Part shown: piece after piece, positions 36,958-50,530 of the stretch
How positions within the stretch are numbered: the first letter of the stretch is position 1
Layout: every line of letters starts with the position of its first letter
NCBI RefSeq assembly: GCF_006345805.1
Contig: NC_043025.1
Coordinates: forward strand, 6,324,001-6,388,000
Source of the DNA: Octopus sinensis
Taxonomy: Eukaryota
Length of the DNA: 64,000 nt
Direction: 5' to 3'
Made by a program: the position numbers and the translations under genes
The notes under the pieces: generated by a model
What the model saw: only the letters and a program-made list of their open reading frames with translations
The model's database searches: none
Told to the model about the DNA's origin: nothing

Positions 36958-39900
36958 ATACATATATATAATTTGTATATGTTCATATACATATATAATG
37001 TGTATATATTCATATACATATATATAATTTGTATATATTCATATACATATATATAATTTGTATATATTCATATACATATATATAATTTGTATATATTCAT
37101 ATACATATATACAAGTTGTATATATTCATATACATACATATAATTTGTATATATTCATATACATATATATAATTTGTATATCTTCATATACATATATATA
37201 ATTTGTATATCTTCATATACATGTATATAATTTGTATATCTTCATATACATGTATATAATTTGTATATCTTCATATACATATATATAATTTGTATATTTT
37301 CATATACATATATATAATTTGTATATATTCATATACATATATATAATTTGTATATTTTCATATACATACATGTAATCTGTATATATTCATATACATATAT
37401 ATAATCTGTATATATTCATATACATACATATAATTTGTATATATTCATATACATATATATAATTTGTATATATCCATATACATGTATATAATTTGTATAT
37501 CTTCATATACATGTATATAATTTGTATATCTTCATATACATGTATATAATTTGTATATTTTCATATACATGTATATAATTTGTATATTTTCATATACATA
37601 TATATAATTTGTATATTTTCATATACATATATATAATTTGTATATATTCATATACATATATATAATTTGTATATATTCATATACATATATATAATTTGTA
37701 TATTTTCATATACATATATATAATTTGTATATATTCATATACATATATATAATTTGTATATATTCATATACATACATATAATTTGTATATATTCATATAC
37801 ATATATATAATTTGTATATATTCATATACATATATATAATTTGCATATCTTCATATACATATATATAATTTGCATATATTCATATACATATAATTTGTAT
37901 ATATTCATATACATATATATAATTTGTATATTTTCATATACATATATATAATTTGTATATTTTCATATACATATATGTAATCTGTATATATTCCTATACA
38001 TATATATAATCTGTATATATTCATATACATACATATAATTTGTATATATTCATATACATATATAGAAGTTGTATATATTCATATACATATATATAATTTG
38101 CATATCTTCACATACATATATATAATTTGCATATCTTCATACACATATATATAATTTGTATATATCCATATACATATATATAATTTGTATATCTTCATAT
38201 GCATGTATATAATTTGTATATATTCATATACATATATATAATTTGTATATATTCATATACATATATATAATTTGTATATATTCATATACATATATATAAT
38301 TTGTATATCTTCACATACATATATATAATTTGTATATCTTCACATACATATATATAATTTGTATATATTCATATACATATATATAATCTCTATATATTCC
38401 TATATATATATATAATCTGTATATATTCATATACATACATATAATTTGTATATATTGATATACATATATAGAATTTGCATATCTTCACATACATATATAT
38501 AATTTGCATATCTTCATACACATATATATAATTTGTATATATCCATATACATATATATAATTTGTATATCTTCATATGCATGTATATAATTTGTATATAT
38601 TCATATACATATATATAATTTGTATATATTCATATACATATATATAATTTCTATATCTTCACATACATATATATAATTTGTATATCTTCACATACATATA
38701 TATAATTTGTATATATTCATATACATATATATAATCTCTATATATTCATATACATACATATAATTTGTATATATTCATATATATAATTTGTATATATTCA
38801 TATACATATATATAATTTGCATATCTTCATATACATATATATAATTTGTATATATCCATATACATATACAATTTGTATATCTTCATATGCATGTATATAA
38901 TTTGTATATCTTCATATGCATGTATATAATTTGTATATATTCATATACATATATATAATTTGTATATCTTCATATACATATATATAATTTGTATATATAC
39001 ATATACATATATATAATTTGTATATATTCATATACATATATATAATTTGTATATTTTCATATACATATATATAATTTGTCCACATACATATATATATATA
39101 TAATTTTTATATATTCACATACATATATATAATTTGTATATTTTCATATACATATATGTAATCTGTATATATTCATATACATATATATAATCTGTATATA
39201 TTCATATACATATATATAATTTGTATATATTCATATGCATATATATAATTTGTATATATTCATATGCATATATATAATTTGTATATATTCATATACATAT
39301 ATATAATTTGTATATATTCATATACATATATATAATTTGTATATATTCATATACATATATATAATTTGTATATATTCATATGCATATATATAATTTGTAT
39401 ATATTCATATACATATATATAATTTGTATATATTTATATGCATATATATAATTTGTATATATTCATATACATATATATAATTTGTATATATTCATATGCA
39501 TATATATAATTTGTATATATTCATATGCATATATATAATTTGTATATATTCATATGCATATATATAATTTGTATATATTCATATGCATATATATAATTTG
39601 TATATATTCATATGCATATATATAATTGTATATATTCATATGCATATATATAATTTGTATATATTCATATGCATATATATAATTTGTATATATTCATATG
39701 CATATATATAATTTGTATATATTCATATGCATATATATAATTTGTATATATTCATATGCATATATATAATTTGTATATATTCATATGCATATATATAATT
39801 TGTATATATTCATATGCATATATATAATTGTATATATTCATATGCATATATATAATTTGTATATATTCATATGCATATATATAATTTGTATATATTCATA

Positions 39901-42900
39901 TGCATATATATAATTTGTATATATTCATATACATATATATAATTTGTATATATTCATATACATATATATAATTTGTATATATTCATATACATATATATAT
40001 AATTTGTATATATTCATATACATATATATATAATTTGTATATATTCATATACATATATATATAATTCGTATATATTCATATACATATATATATAATTCGT
40101 ATATATTCATATACATATATATATAATTCGTATATATTCATATACATATATATATAATTCGTATATATTCATATACATATATATATAATTCGTATATATT
40201 CATATACATATATATATAATTCGTATATATTCATATACATATATATATAATTCGTATATATTCATATACATATATATATAATTTGTATATATTCATATAC
40301 ATATATATATAATTTGTATATATTCATATACATATATATAATTTGTATATATTCATATACATATATATAATTTGTATATATTCATATACATATATATAAT
40401 TTGTATATATTCATATACATATATATAATTTGTATATATTCATATACATATATATAATTTGTATACATTCATATACATATATATAATTTGTATACATTCA
40501 TATACATATATATAATTTGTATACATTCATATACATATATATAATTTGTATACATTCATATACATATATATAATTTGTATATATTCATATACATATATAT
40601 AATTTGTATATATTCATATACATATATATATAATTGTATATATTCATATACATATATATAATTTGTTATATTCATATACATATATATAATTTGTATATAT
40701 TATATACATATATATATAATTTGTATATGTTCATATACATATATATATTTTGTATATGTTCATATAATATATATAATTTGTATATGTTCATATACATATA
40801 TATAATTTGTATATGTTCATATACATATATATAATTTGTATATGTTCATATACATATATATAATTTGTATATGTTCATATACATATATATAATTTGTATA
40901 CATTCATATACATATATATAATTTGTATACATTCATATACATATATATAATTTGTATATATTTATATAGATATATATAATTTGTATATATTCATATACAT
41001 ACATATAATTTGTATATATTCATATATATACATATAATTTGTATATATTCATATACATACATATAATTTGTATATATTCATATACATATATATAATTTGT
41101 ATATATTCATATACATATATATAATTTGTACATATTCATATGCATATATATAATTTGTACATATTTATATGCATATATATAATTTGTATATATTCATATA
41201 CATATATATATAATTTGTATATATTCATATACATATATATAATTTGTATATATTTATATGCATATATATAATTTGTATATATTCATATGCATATATATAA
41301 TTTGTATATATTCATATACATATATATAATTTGTATATCTTCATATAGATATATATATTTTGTATATCTCCATATACATATATATATAATTTGTATATCT
41401 TCATATACATATATGTAATTTGTATATCTTCATATACATATATATAATTGTATATATATTCATATACATATATATAATTGTATATATATTCATATACATA
41501 TATATAATTGTATATATATTCATATACATATATATAATTTGTATATATTCATATACATATATATAATTTGTATATATTCATATACATATATATAATTTGT
41601 ATATATACATATACATATATGTAATTTGTATATATTCATATACATATATGTAATTTGTATATCTTCATATACATATATGTAATTTGTATATCTTCATATA
41701 CATATATGTAATTTGTATATCTTCATATACATATATATAATTTGTATATCTTCATATACATATATATAATTGTATATATATTCATATACATATATATAAT
41801 TTGTATATATTCATATACATAATTTTTATATATTCATATACAAATATATAATTTGTACATATTCATATACATATATATAATTTGTATATATTTATATACA
41901 TATATATAATTTGTATATATTTATATACAAATATATAATTTGTATATATTTATATACATATATATATAATTTGTATATATTTATATACATATATATAATT
42001 TGTATATATTTATATATATGTATATAAATATATACAAATTATATATATAATTATATATATTTTGTATATATTTATATACAAATATATAATTTGTATACGT
42101 TTATATACATGTATATAATTTGTATACGTTTATATACATGTATATAATTTGTATACGTTTATATACATATATATAATTTGTATGCATATGTATAATTTGT
42201 ATATATTTGTATGCATATATATAATTTGTACATATTTACATGCATACATACGATTTGTATATATTTACATGCATATATGCATGTTGTATATATTTATATA
42301 CCTATATGCAGGTTCTATATATTTACATACCTATATGCAATTTGTATAAATTTACATACCTATATACAATTTGAATAAATTTACATACCTATTTGCAATT
42401 TGAAAATATTTACATACCTATATGCAATTTGCATATATTCACATACCTATATGCAATTTGCATATATTTACATTCCTATATGCAATTTGCGTATATTTAC
42501 ATTCCTATATGCAATTTGCATATATTTACATTCCTATATGCAATTTACACATATTTACATACCTATATTGCAATTTGGATATATATACATACCTATATAA
42601 GATTTGCATATATTTACATACCTGTATGCGATTGGCATATATCTACATACCTGTATGCGATTTGCATATATTTACATACCTGTATGCGATTGGCATATAT
42701 TTACATACCTGTATGCGATTGGCATATATTTACATACCTATATGCGATTGGCATATATTTATATACCTATATGCAATTTGCATATATTTACATACCTATA
42801 TACAATTTGCATATATTCACATACCTATATACAATTTGCATATATTTACATACATATATACAATTTGCATATATACAATTGTCATATATACAATTTGCAT
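36958..42900. repeat. ~6-kb AT-rich 29-bp satellite (~200 units) with local variant domains
   Basis: The unit is aatttgtatatattcatatacatatatat. It drifts to atatatttacatacctatatgcaatttgc after ~42290. Confidence 0.95.
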
Positions 42901-43431
42901 ATATACAATTGTCTATAAAGCATACAATGCAGAGAGAAAAAGAAGATTTGAACACCTGGAGGAAAGCACCATCGAAAAGTGTCTTGGTGCGACTATGAAA
43001 GATATCCCCGCAGGAGTAGAGGTAGGCTGGATTGTAGCCACACTTCTACACCAGAGGGAGGACAAAATACAATTGGTCGAAATTGCAAGAGACGGGCCTA
43101 CAATTCCAGTCGGTTATATATTTTGAGTATTGTTATCATTAGCGATATCAAGATATAACATTGTATTTTGTATTTTATGTGTAAATGTATATATATATGT
43201 ATATATATATATGTATATATATATGTACATGTAATATGAACACATATATATACTCATATATACATGGACTAGCACTATGACCCGGCAACGACCGGGTCAT
43301 AATGCTAGTATATCGATATATATGAAACTAAGAATGGTATCTGTCGTCTGTGTGAATCCCTATAACTTGAGAACTACACAACCAATTTCATTCAAATTTA
43401 CACACGCCTTGCTTAGGGTCCATGGGGTGTC

Positions 43432-44820
43432 AGGAGCTGGGCTCTGGGCGCATTGGGCTCAGTGTGGCTACGAGACAACAGTGAGCGCTATGGCGACCAG
43501 AGCTCGCTCTGGGCGCCATTGGGCTCAGTGTCCGCGGCTACGAGACAACAGTGAGCGCTATGGCGACCAGAGCTCGCTCTGGGCGCCATTGGGCTCAGTG
43601 TCCGCGGCTACGAGACAACAGTGAGCGCTATGGCGACCAGAGCTCGCTCTGGGCGCCATTGGGCTCAGTGTCCGCGGCTACGAGACAACAGTGAGCGCTA
43701 TGGCGACCAGAGCTCGCTCTGGGCGCCATTGGGCTCAGTGTCCGCGGCTACGAGACAACAGTGAGCGCTATGGCGACCAGAGCTCGCTCTGGGCGCCATT
43801 GGGCTCAGTGTCCGCGGCTACGAGACAACAGTGAGCGCTATGGCGACCAGAGCTCGCTCTGGGCGCCATTGGGCTCAGTGTCCGCGGCTACGAGACAACA
43901 GTGAGCGCTATGGCGACCAGAGCTCGCTCTGGGCGCCATTGGGCTCAGTGTCCGCGGCTACGAGACAACAGTGAGCGCTATGGCGACCAGAGCTCGCTCT
44001 GGGCGCCATTGGGCTCAGTGTCCGCGGCTACGAGACAACAGTGAGCGCTATGGCGACCAGAGCTCGCTCTGGGCGCCATTGGGCTCAGTGTCGCGGCTAC
44101 GAGACAACAGTGAGCGCTATGGCGACCAGAGCTCGCTCTGGGCGCCATTGGGCTCAGTGTCCGCGGCTACGGACAACAGTGAGCGCTATGGCGACCAGAG
44201 CTCGCTCTGGGCGCCATTGGGCTCAGTGTCCGCGGCTACGAGACAACAGTGAGCGCTATGGCGACCAGAGCTCGCTCTGGGCGCCATTGGGCTCAGTGTC
44301 CGCGGCTACGAGACAACAGTGAGCGCTATGGCGACCAGAGCTCGCTCTGGGCGCCATTGGGCTCAGTGTCCGCGGCTACGAGACAACAGTGAGCGCTATG
44401 GCGACCAGAGCTCGCTCTGGGCGCCATTGGGCTCAGTGTCCGCGGCTACGAGACAACAGTGAGCGCTATGGCGACCAGAGCTCGCTCTGGGCGCCATTGG
44501 GCTCAGTGTCCGCGGCTACGAGACAACAGTGAGCGCTATGGCGACCAGAGCTCGCTCTGGGCGCCATTGGGCTCAGTGTCCGCGGCTACGAGACAACAGT
44601 GAGCGCTATGGCGACCAGAGCTCGCTCTGGGCGCCATTGGGCTCAGTTCCGCGGCTACGAGACAACAGTGAGCGCTATGGCGACCAGAGCTCGCTCTGGG
44701 CGCCATTGGGCTCATGTCCGCGGCTACGAGACAACAGTGAGCGCTATGGCGACCAGAGCTCGCTCTGGGCGCCATTGGGCTCAGTGTCCGCGGCTACGAG
44801 ACAACAGTGAGCGCTATGGC
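43432..44820. repeat. ~20 copies of a 70-bp GC/CpG-rich unit, 52 nt of which form an imperfect palindrome
   Basis: gagctcgctc starts at 43500, 43570, 43640 and onward. The arms cagtgagcgctatggcgaccagagc and gctctgggcgccattgggctcagtg are complementary at 21/25 positions. Confidence 0.95.
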
Positions 44821-44842
44821 TGGTCGACCACTATTAACAGGA

Positions 44843-45572
44843 GGCTTGGCTTGCTTGGCTTGGCTTGGCTTGGCTTGGCTTGGCTTGGCTTGGTGGCTTG
44901 GCTTGGCTTGGCTTGGCTTGGATGGCTTGGCTTGGCTTGGCTTGGCTTGGCTTGGCTTGGCTTGGCTTGGCTTGGCTTGGCTTGGCTTGGCTTGGCTTGG
45001 CTTGGCTTGGCTTGGCTTGGCTTGGCTTGGCTTGGCTTGGCTTGGCTGGGCTTGGCTTGGCTTGGCTTGGCTTGGCTTGGCTTGGCTTGGCTTGGCTTGG
45101 CTTGGCTTGGCTTGGTTGGCTTGGCTTGGCTTGGCTTGGCTTGGCTGGCTTGGCTTGGCTTGGCTTGGCTTGGCTTGGCTTGGCTTGGCTTGGCTTGGCT
45201 TGGCTTGGCTTGGCTTGGCTTGGCTTGGCTTGGCTTGGCTTGGCTTGGCTTGGCTTGGCTTGGCTTGGCTTGGCTTGGCTTGGCTGGCTTGCTGGCTTGG
45301 CTTGGCTTGGCTTGGCTGGCTTGGCTTGGCTTGGCTTGGCTTGGCTTGGCTTGGCTTGGCTTGGCTTGGGGCTTGGCTTGGCTTGGCTTGGCTTGGCTTG
45401 GCTTGGCTTGGCTTGGCTTGGCTGGCTTGGCTTGGCTTGGCTGGCTTGGCTTGGCTTGGCTTGGCTTGGCTTGGCTTGGCTTGGCTTGGCTTGGCTTGGC
45501 TTGGCTTGGCTTGGCTTGGCTTGGCTTGGCTTGGCTTGGCTTGGCTTGGCTTGGCTTGGCTTGGCTTGGCTT
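44843..45572. repeat. (GGCTT)n pentanucleotide array, ~146 units
   Basis: The repeat is directly visible, with occasional unit indels. Confidence 0.97.
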
Positions 45573-46278
45573 TTGAAGGAGAAGAAGAATCTTAACTACA
45601 TAGAGAACTATAGCGTGAAGGCAGAATATTAAAAAAAAAACTCTTCCTCAGAATTTGGCAATTTTACTTGCTCCGCATTGCAACAAGATGTGTCTTCGTC
45701 ATAGCAATTGCTCCCCTAGACCAAATTAGATAAAATTTGAGATACGTGGAACGTCAAATCTGCTAACAAAATCAGGACAGTCAAAATTTTCGCTAAGGGC
45801 TGTTTAACCCTAACGAGGTGACGTGGTGAACGCTGCAGAAAGAAAGCTTTGTCAAGAGACAGGCGGGAGAGCATGAAGGAAAAGAAAAAGAGATACATTT
45901 AGAAATAGATCTATAGTTATTGAGGACAGAATTTCTGTTAGAAATAGAGAACTATGAATATTGAATTGTGCATAAAGCGTTGACTTACATTCGGGGCATC
46001 CAATTTCTCCGTAAAATATAAGATAGTCGCAAAATCATCGCACATGCCACCATCGATTACAAACGCCGGTGGAAGATAAACGTTCCAGAGGACATTCTTG
46101 TTCTTTCGTTCGTACAAGGATCGTATTATGTTTCGGCTTAAAATAAATTATAGATACAAATATAATGTATAGAAATATATAAAACCAGAATAGAAAATAA
46201 ACGTCTTAGGCATATAAAAATGAGATATCAAGGTGTTATAAACTTGAAACTTACTAGAATATCATAGATTATATATAT

Positions 46279-48783
46279 CAAGTCATCCAGCAGTTCTGTC
46301 CAATTTTACCTGCTTTTAGAGTTGAATGAAATTTAATAGTATTTGCAAATGTCTAATTCAATTAAAAATTATTTTATGCATTTGTGTACGTTTAAACTAA
46401 TTCAATATTGTTTTACAAAATAATAGACGGTGTCCACAAAGTCTGCGTACATGGGAATTAACACATACTTTTAAAACAAAACAATTTTATTTAATTATAA
46501 TAAATAATATTTTCAAAGTGATTTCCATCATTTTCAATGCATAACTTGATGCGCCTTGCAAAATTCAGGTGAACTTGATTAAATAAGTCTATATTGCCAT
46601 CAATTTAAGCACACTGACTGGTAATGCGTTCTCTCGTGTGTTTTAAATCTGTAATCTTTATTGAGTAAACTTTCTCTTTCAACATACCCCAGAAAAAGAA
46701 ATCAAGGGGAGAAAGGTCTGGTGAACGAGAGGACCATTCCATATGACCCCTTCTTCCAATCTAGTGAGGAGGAAAAGTCTCATTAAATCAATCTCTAACA
46801 GTTGTGGCAAAATGGGTAGGGGCCCCATCCTGCTGAAACCAATTCGGAAGGTCCTCGCCTAGGCGCTCAATTTAAGATATTAATTTGTCTCTCAATATAT
46901 TTGCATAAGTCTCATCCGTTACATGTTCAATGAAGAAGGGTCCTAGAACATGAGCTTTCCAAAAACCACACAACACCATCACCTTTTTGCTGTCTTGCTG
47001 TTTGGATTACCTCGAGACCAGTATAGAAGATTCTGTCTGTTGACCTCACCATTTACATAAAACGTAGCTTTGTCACTGAACAACACAAAGTTTTTCGTAA
47101 AATTGATATTTTCATCCAATTTATTCGTCTATCAGGATCGTCTTAATTTAAGTGATGCAATATCTGTAGGTTGTATCGATGAAACTTTTCCTCAACCAGC
47201 ATTTTGTGGATGGTTGGTTTTGGAACACCTAACACCGTAGATGTCCGACGAAGTGATTTTGGGGGGAGCTAGCAGAAACTTTAGCCTCGACAGCCTCTTT
47301 AGTTTCATCTGAAGTCTTTGGTCGCCCGGAACGGGGTTTATCCGAAACACTGCCTGTTTCTTTAAATTTCTTGATCAATTTCCTGACGGCAGTAAAATAA
47401 ATAGGTTGCCTACAAGGGTGTGGAAGATTAAATTCTTCCGCAATTTTGCGATAAGACCATCCCTCTCGTCCACTTAATAATACTAACTCGATTCTTTCTT
47501 CTTTAGACAGATTCATCATTCGATCTGGGATTCTTTCTTCTTTAGACAGAGCCATCATTCGATCATCTGTAGAAAAAATAACAAATAAATTTAGAAAAGT
47601 AAAGTATTTTTTTTATTTAATTTAAACAAAAGTAAAAAAGGAAAATTATTATTTCTTATGTTATGATTTTATTCCATAAACCCAGACTTCGTGGACACCC
47701 TAAAATTGCTTTGATTAAAACCCTTTCAACATGGAAGTATCCAAGGAGCATTTAAGGCACATATAATTCTTTATGAGTACAATAAAGGTAACTCTGATGC
47801 CGAAGTGACTCGAAACATACACTCAGTTTATAGCAAAGTGCTCGAATGAAAGAACTTGCAGGAGATCGTCTGCAAAATTGAAGATGAATATCGAACAGGA
47901 TGTCCAGTTGAGTTTGACAAGCTCCTTGAGGCATTACTTGAAGAAAAATCCGTCATTATCAGTTGAAGAATTGACAATAAAGCTTACTTCAAACCATACA
48001 ACAGTTCATCGTCATCTTCAACAACGTGGAAAGGTTCCTAAACTTGGAAAATAGGTGCCTTATGTATTGTCCGAAAGCAACCGCAAATCCCGAGTTGGCA
48101 TCTGCTCTTCTCTCCATTCTCGCAAACTCATTTCACCCTTTTTCGATAGACTTGTGATGAAAAATGGATTTTCTATCGAAATGTTAGACGTCGTAAACAG
48201 TGGCTTGGTAAAAGGGAAATTCTCAACCACAACCGAGAAGGGAACTTCATGGGAAAAAGGTCTACTCTCTATCTGGTGCGATTGCAAAGGCGTAATTCAC
48301 TTTATATGGTTACCACCTAATGCAACAATCAATGCTCAAGTCTACTGTCAGCAATTAGAGCGTTTGAACCAAGCTTTGAAGGAAAAAAGAGCCGCTTTAG
48401 TGAGCCGAAAACGAGTGATGTTTCATCAGGACAATGCGCAACCCCACACTGCAAAGATCACATCACAGAAGATCGAAGGGGTCGGTTTGGAAAAATTTCT
48501 TCATCCAACTTATTCTCCCGACCTTACTCCTTCAGGATACCATTTGTTTCATAGTTTACAGAATTAGTAGGGGGATACAACTTTCGCAAGCCAGGGGGAG
48601 GTCGAACCCGACATTTCAGAGTTCTTCGCTTTCAAACCAAAAGAGTTTTACGTTGATGGGATTAAAAAGCTTGTAAATAGATGGAAGTAAGTCATAGATA
48701 ATTAGGGAAAGTACATTAAATATAACATTTGACCACTTGTATTCTTTATCCAAAATTCAGACAGAACTTATGGGATGACCTGA
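46279..48783 (+). mobile_element. Degenerate mariner (DD34D-type) transposon, split in its 5' UTR by a rosa element
   Basis: The left TIR caagtcatccagcagttctgtccaatttt (46279-46307) resembles the reverse complement of the right TIR (48752-48783). The ATG of MEVSKEHLRH is at 47731. The C-terminal ORF has WCDCKGV, FHQDNAQPH and YSPDLTPSGYHLF. Confidence 0.8.
46426..47702 (-). mobile_element. Tc1/mariner-superfamily DD41D (rosa-type) transposon with a pseudogenised transposase
   Basis: The TIRs are ggtgtccacaaagtctg and cagacttcgtggacacc. The N-terminal HTH ORF is at 47229-47558. The catalytic region reads FQQD-GAPTHF...WSSRSPDLSPL-DFFFWG, with 41 residues between the last two D and two in-frame stops at W codons. 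Confidence 0.85.
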
Positions 48784-49180
48784 GATATATACACTGGCGA
48801 AAATATATTTAAGACAGACGATAAAAGTTCTATTTCTTACAAAATATTTTGTTACTAACACCATACAAATTATTTTTATCTTTTACACCTTATGCAAAAT
48901 TTATTTCGCTTTCGAATGATGCCGACAATAACCATTTTTATACAACTTGAAGAATTCTAATGCTAAATATAATTTTAATGGAGATAACCTGCAGTATATA
49001 GTACAACATTTTTGTCTCCGTATATGAGCTAAGTATTAATAAAATGTGGTATACGATAAAAATTTCGGATATTTGTCTTAAAACATTCAGACAAGAAAAT
49101 TCAGATGTAGCACATGAGGTATTATTCCATACGAATATCCACATATTTATATAAGAATTTCACATAAAAATATAGAAATA

Positions 49181-49662
49181 TTGGGTTGTCCGGAAAGTTC
49201 TTGCAGATTTATAGTAGCTTATCTTTCGACTTATTTTAGAACATGTTTGAGTCCATAAAATAGGATTTGACTACACCTCCATTTGGAGCACAGTTTAATC
49301 TATCTTTTCGTGGAAGAAGGTTTATGTTCCAATAACCTGTGTTAATTCTGTAACCCTTTAAATTAAAAGATGAGAAAAATTCATTATCGGCATTTGATGC
49401 TTTGGGAACCAGACAAAAATTGCTGCAGCTTGGCTGGGGTGACTTACCCCACCCTCCATATTCACCAGATATTACTCCTTCGGATTTCCACTTATTCAGG
49501 TCTCTGCAGAATAGTCTTAATGGTGAAAATTTCAATTCTTAGATGACGTAAAAAGATACCTTGATGAATTATTTGCCTTGAAACCACCCCAATTCTGGGA
49601 AGAGTATTTAGTGACCATGTATTTTCCTTTAAAAATCGGAACGAACTTTCCGGACAACCCAA
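49181..49662 (+). mobile_element. 482-bp internally deleted mariner (MITE-like derivative)
   Basis: It has perfect 20-bp TIRs (ttgggttgtccggaaagttc) flanked by TA on both sides, and an internal remnant encoding HPPYSPDITPSDFHLFRSLQN. Confidence 0.88.
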
Positions 49663-50410
49663 TATAAACATAACAATGAAATACAAATAAAAACATGAAA
49701 AATGAAAACCTAAATTGAAAGAGGCGATTAAATTTTTTTCCTAACCTGCAGCCGTTTGTTGTACGAAGTATTCGAAATTCAGCCCTCCTTCCTCAGGGTT
49801 CCTTATCCAGCAGAAAGCAGTAAGGCACTACATGACGAGTATTCAGTTGATTTTATTACTACCCACATCCTATCGGGTTCACAATGATTTTTTTTCAAGA
49901 GGATTGCCACGTTTAAATAAGAAATGGAAATCATTTAGTTAATCATGCAATTTTGGGAATATTCCATTTTTTACTGATATATACTACAATAACAAAGAAA
50001 TTATTTAAGATTTTAGATTTATGCATAAGTATTCTTATGGTTCCAAAACGCATGGTTCTCAGTTCAGTCCCACTGTGTGGTAACTTGGCATGTGTCTTCT
50101 ACTATAGCCTGAGACCAACCAAAGCCTTGTCAGTGGATTTTGTAGACAGAAACTGAAAGAAATCAATCGTATATATATGTATGTATGTATGTAAGTCTGT
50201 GTATGTGTCTTTGTGTTTCTCCCTCATCACTGCTTCACAACTGGTGTTCGTTTATTTACATCCCCATAACATACTGGTTTCACAAGAAGAAACTGATAGA
50301 ATAAGTACCAGGCTTATCAAAATTTAAAAAGCTGTACGCAGTGTCTCACATTTTGTTTGCCAACTCAGTTTGTATCTATCAATTTTATCTTTGTGTGGTG
50401 TGTGGTATAC

Positions 50411-50462
<52 letters not shown>

Positions 50463-50530
50463 ATTTCGTGGACAGGAACTGAAACAAATCAATCGTATAT
50501 ATATGTATGTATATATGTAAGTGTATGTGT

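Noticed and set aside
42393-43126. 201-234 aa ORFs with an apparently unique C-terminal tail
   Set aside because: Most of the length is the 29-bp satellite, and the ~70-aa tail has no recognisable motif or splice signals.
44843-45572. Interstitial telomeric repeat
   Set aside because: GGCTT matches neither TTAGGG nor TTAGG/TTAGGC.
44599-45632. LGLAW-repeat 'membrane protein' ORFs
   Set aside because: They are translations of (GGCTT)n.
47229-48567. Functional transposases
   Set aside because: Both have in-frame stops or frameshifts, and the mariner's third catalytic D is replaced by G (PSGYHLF).
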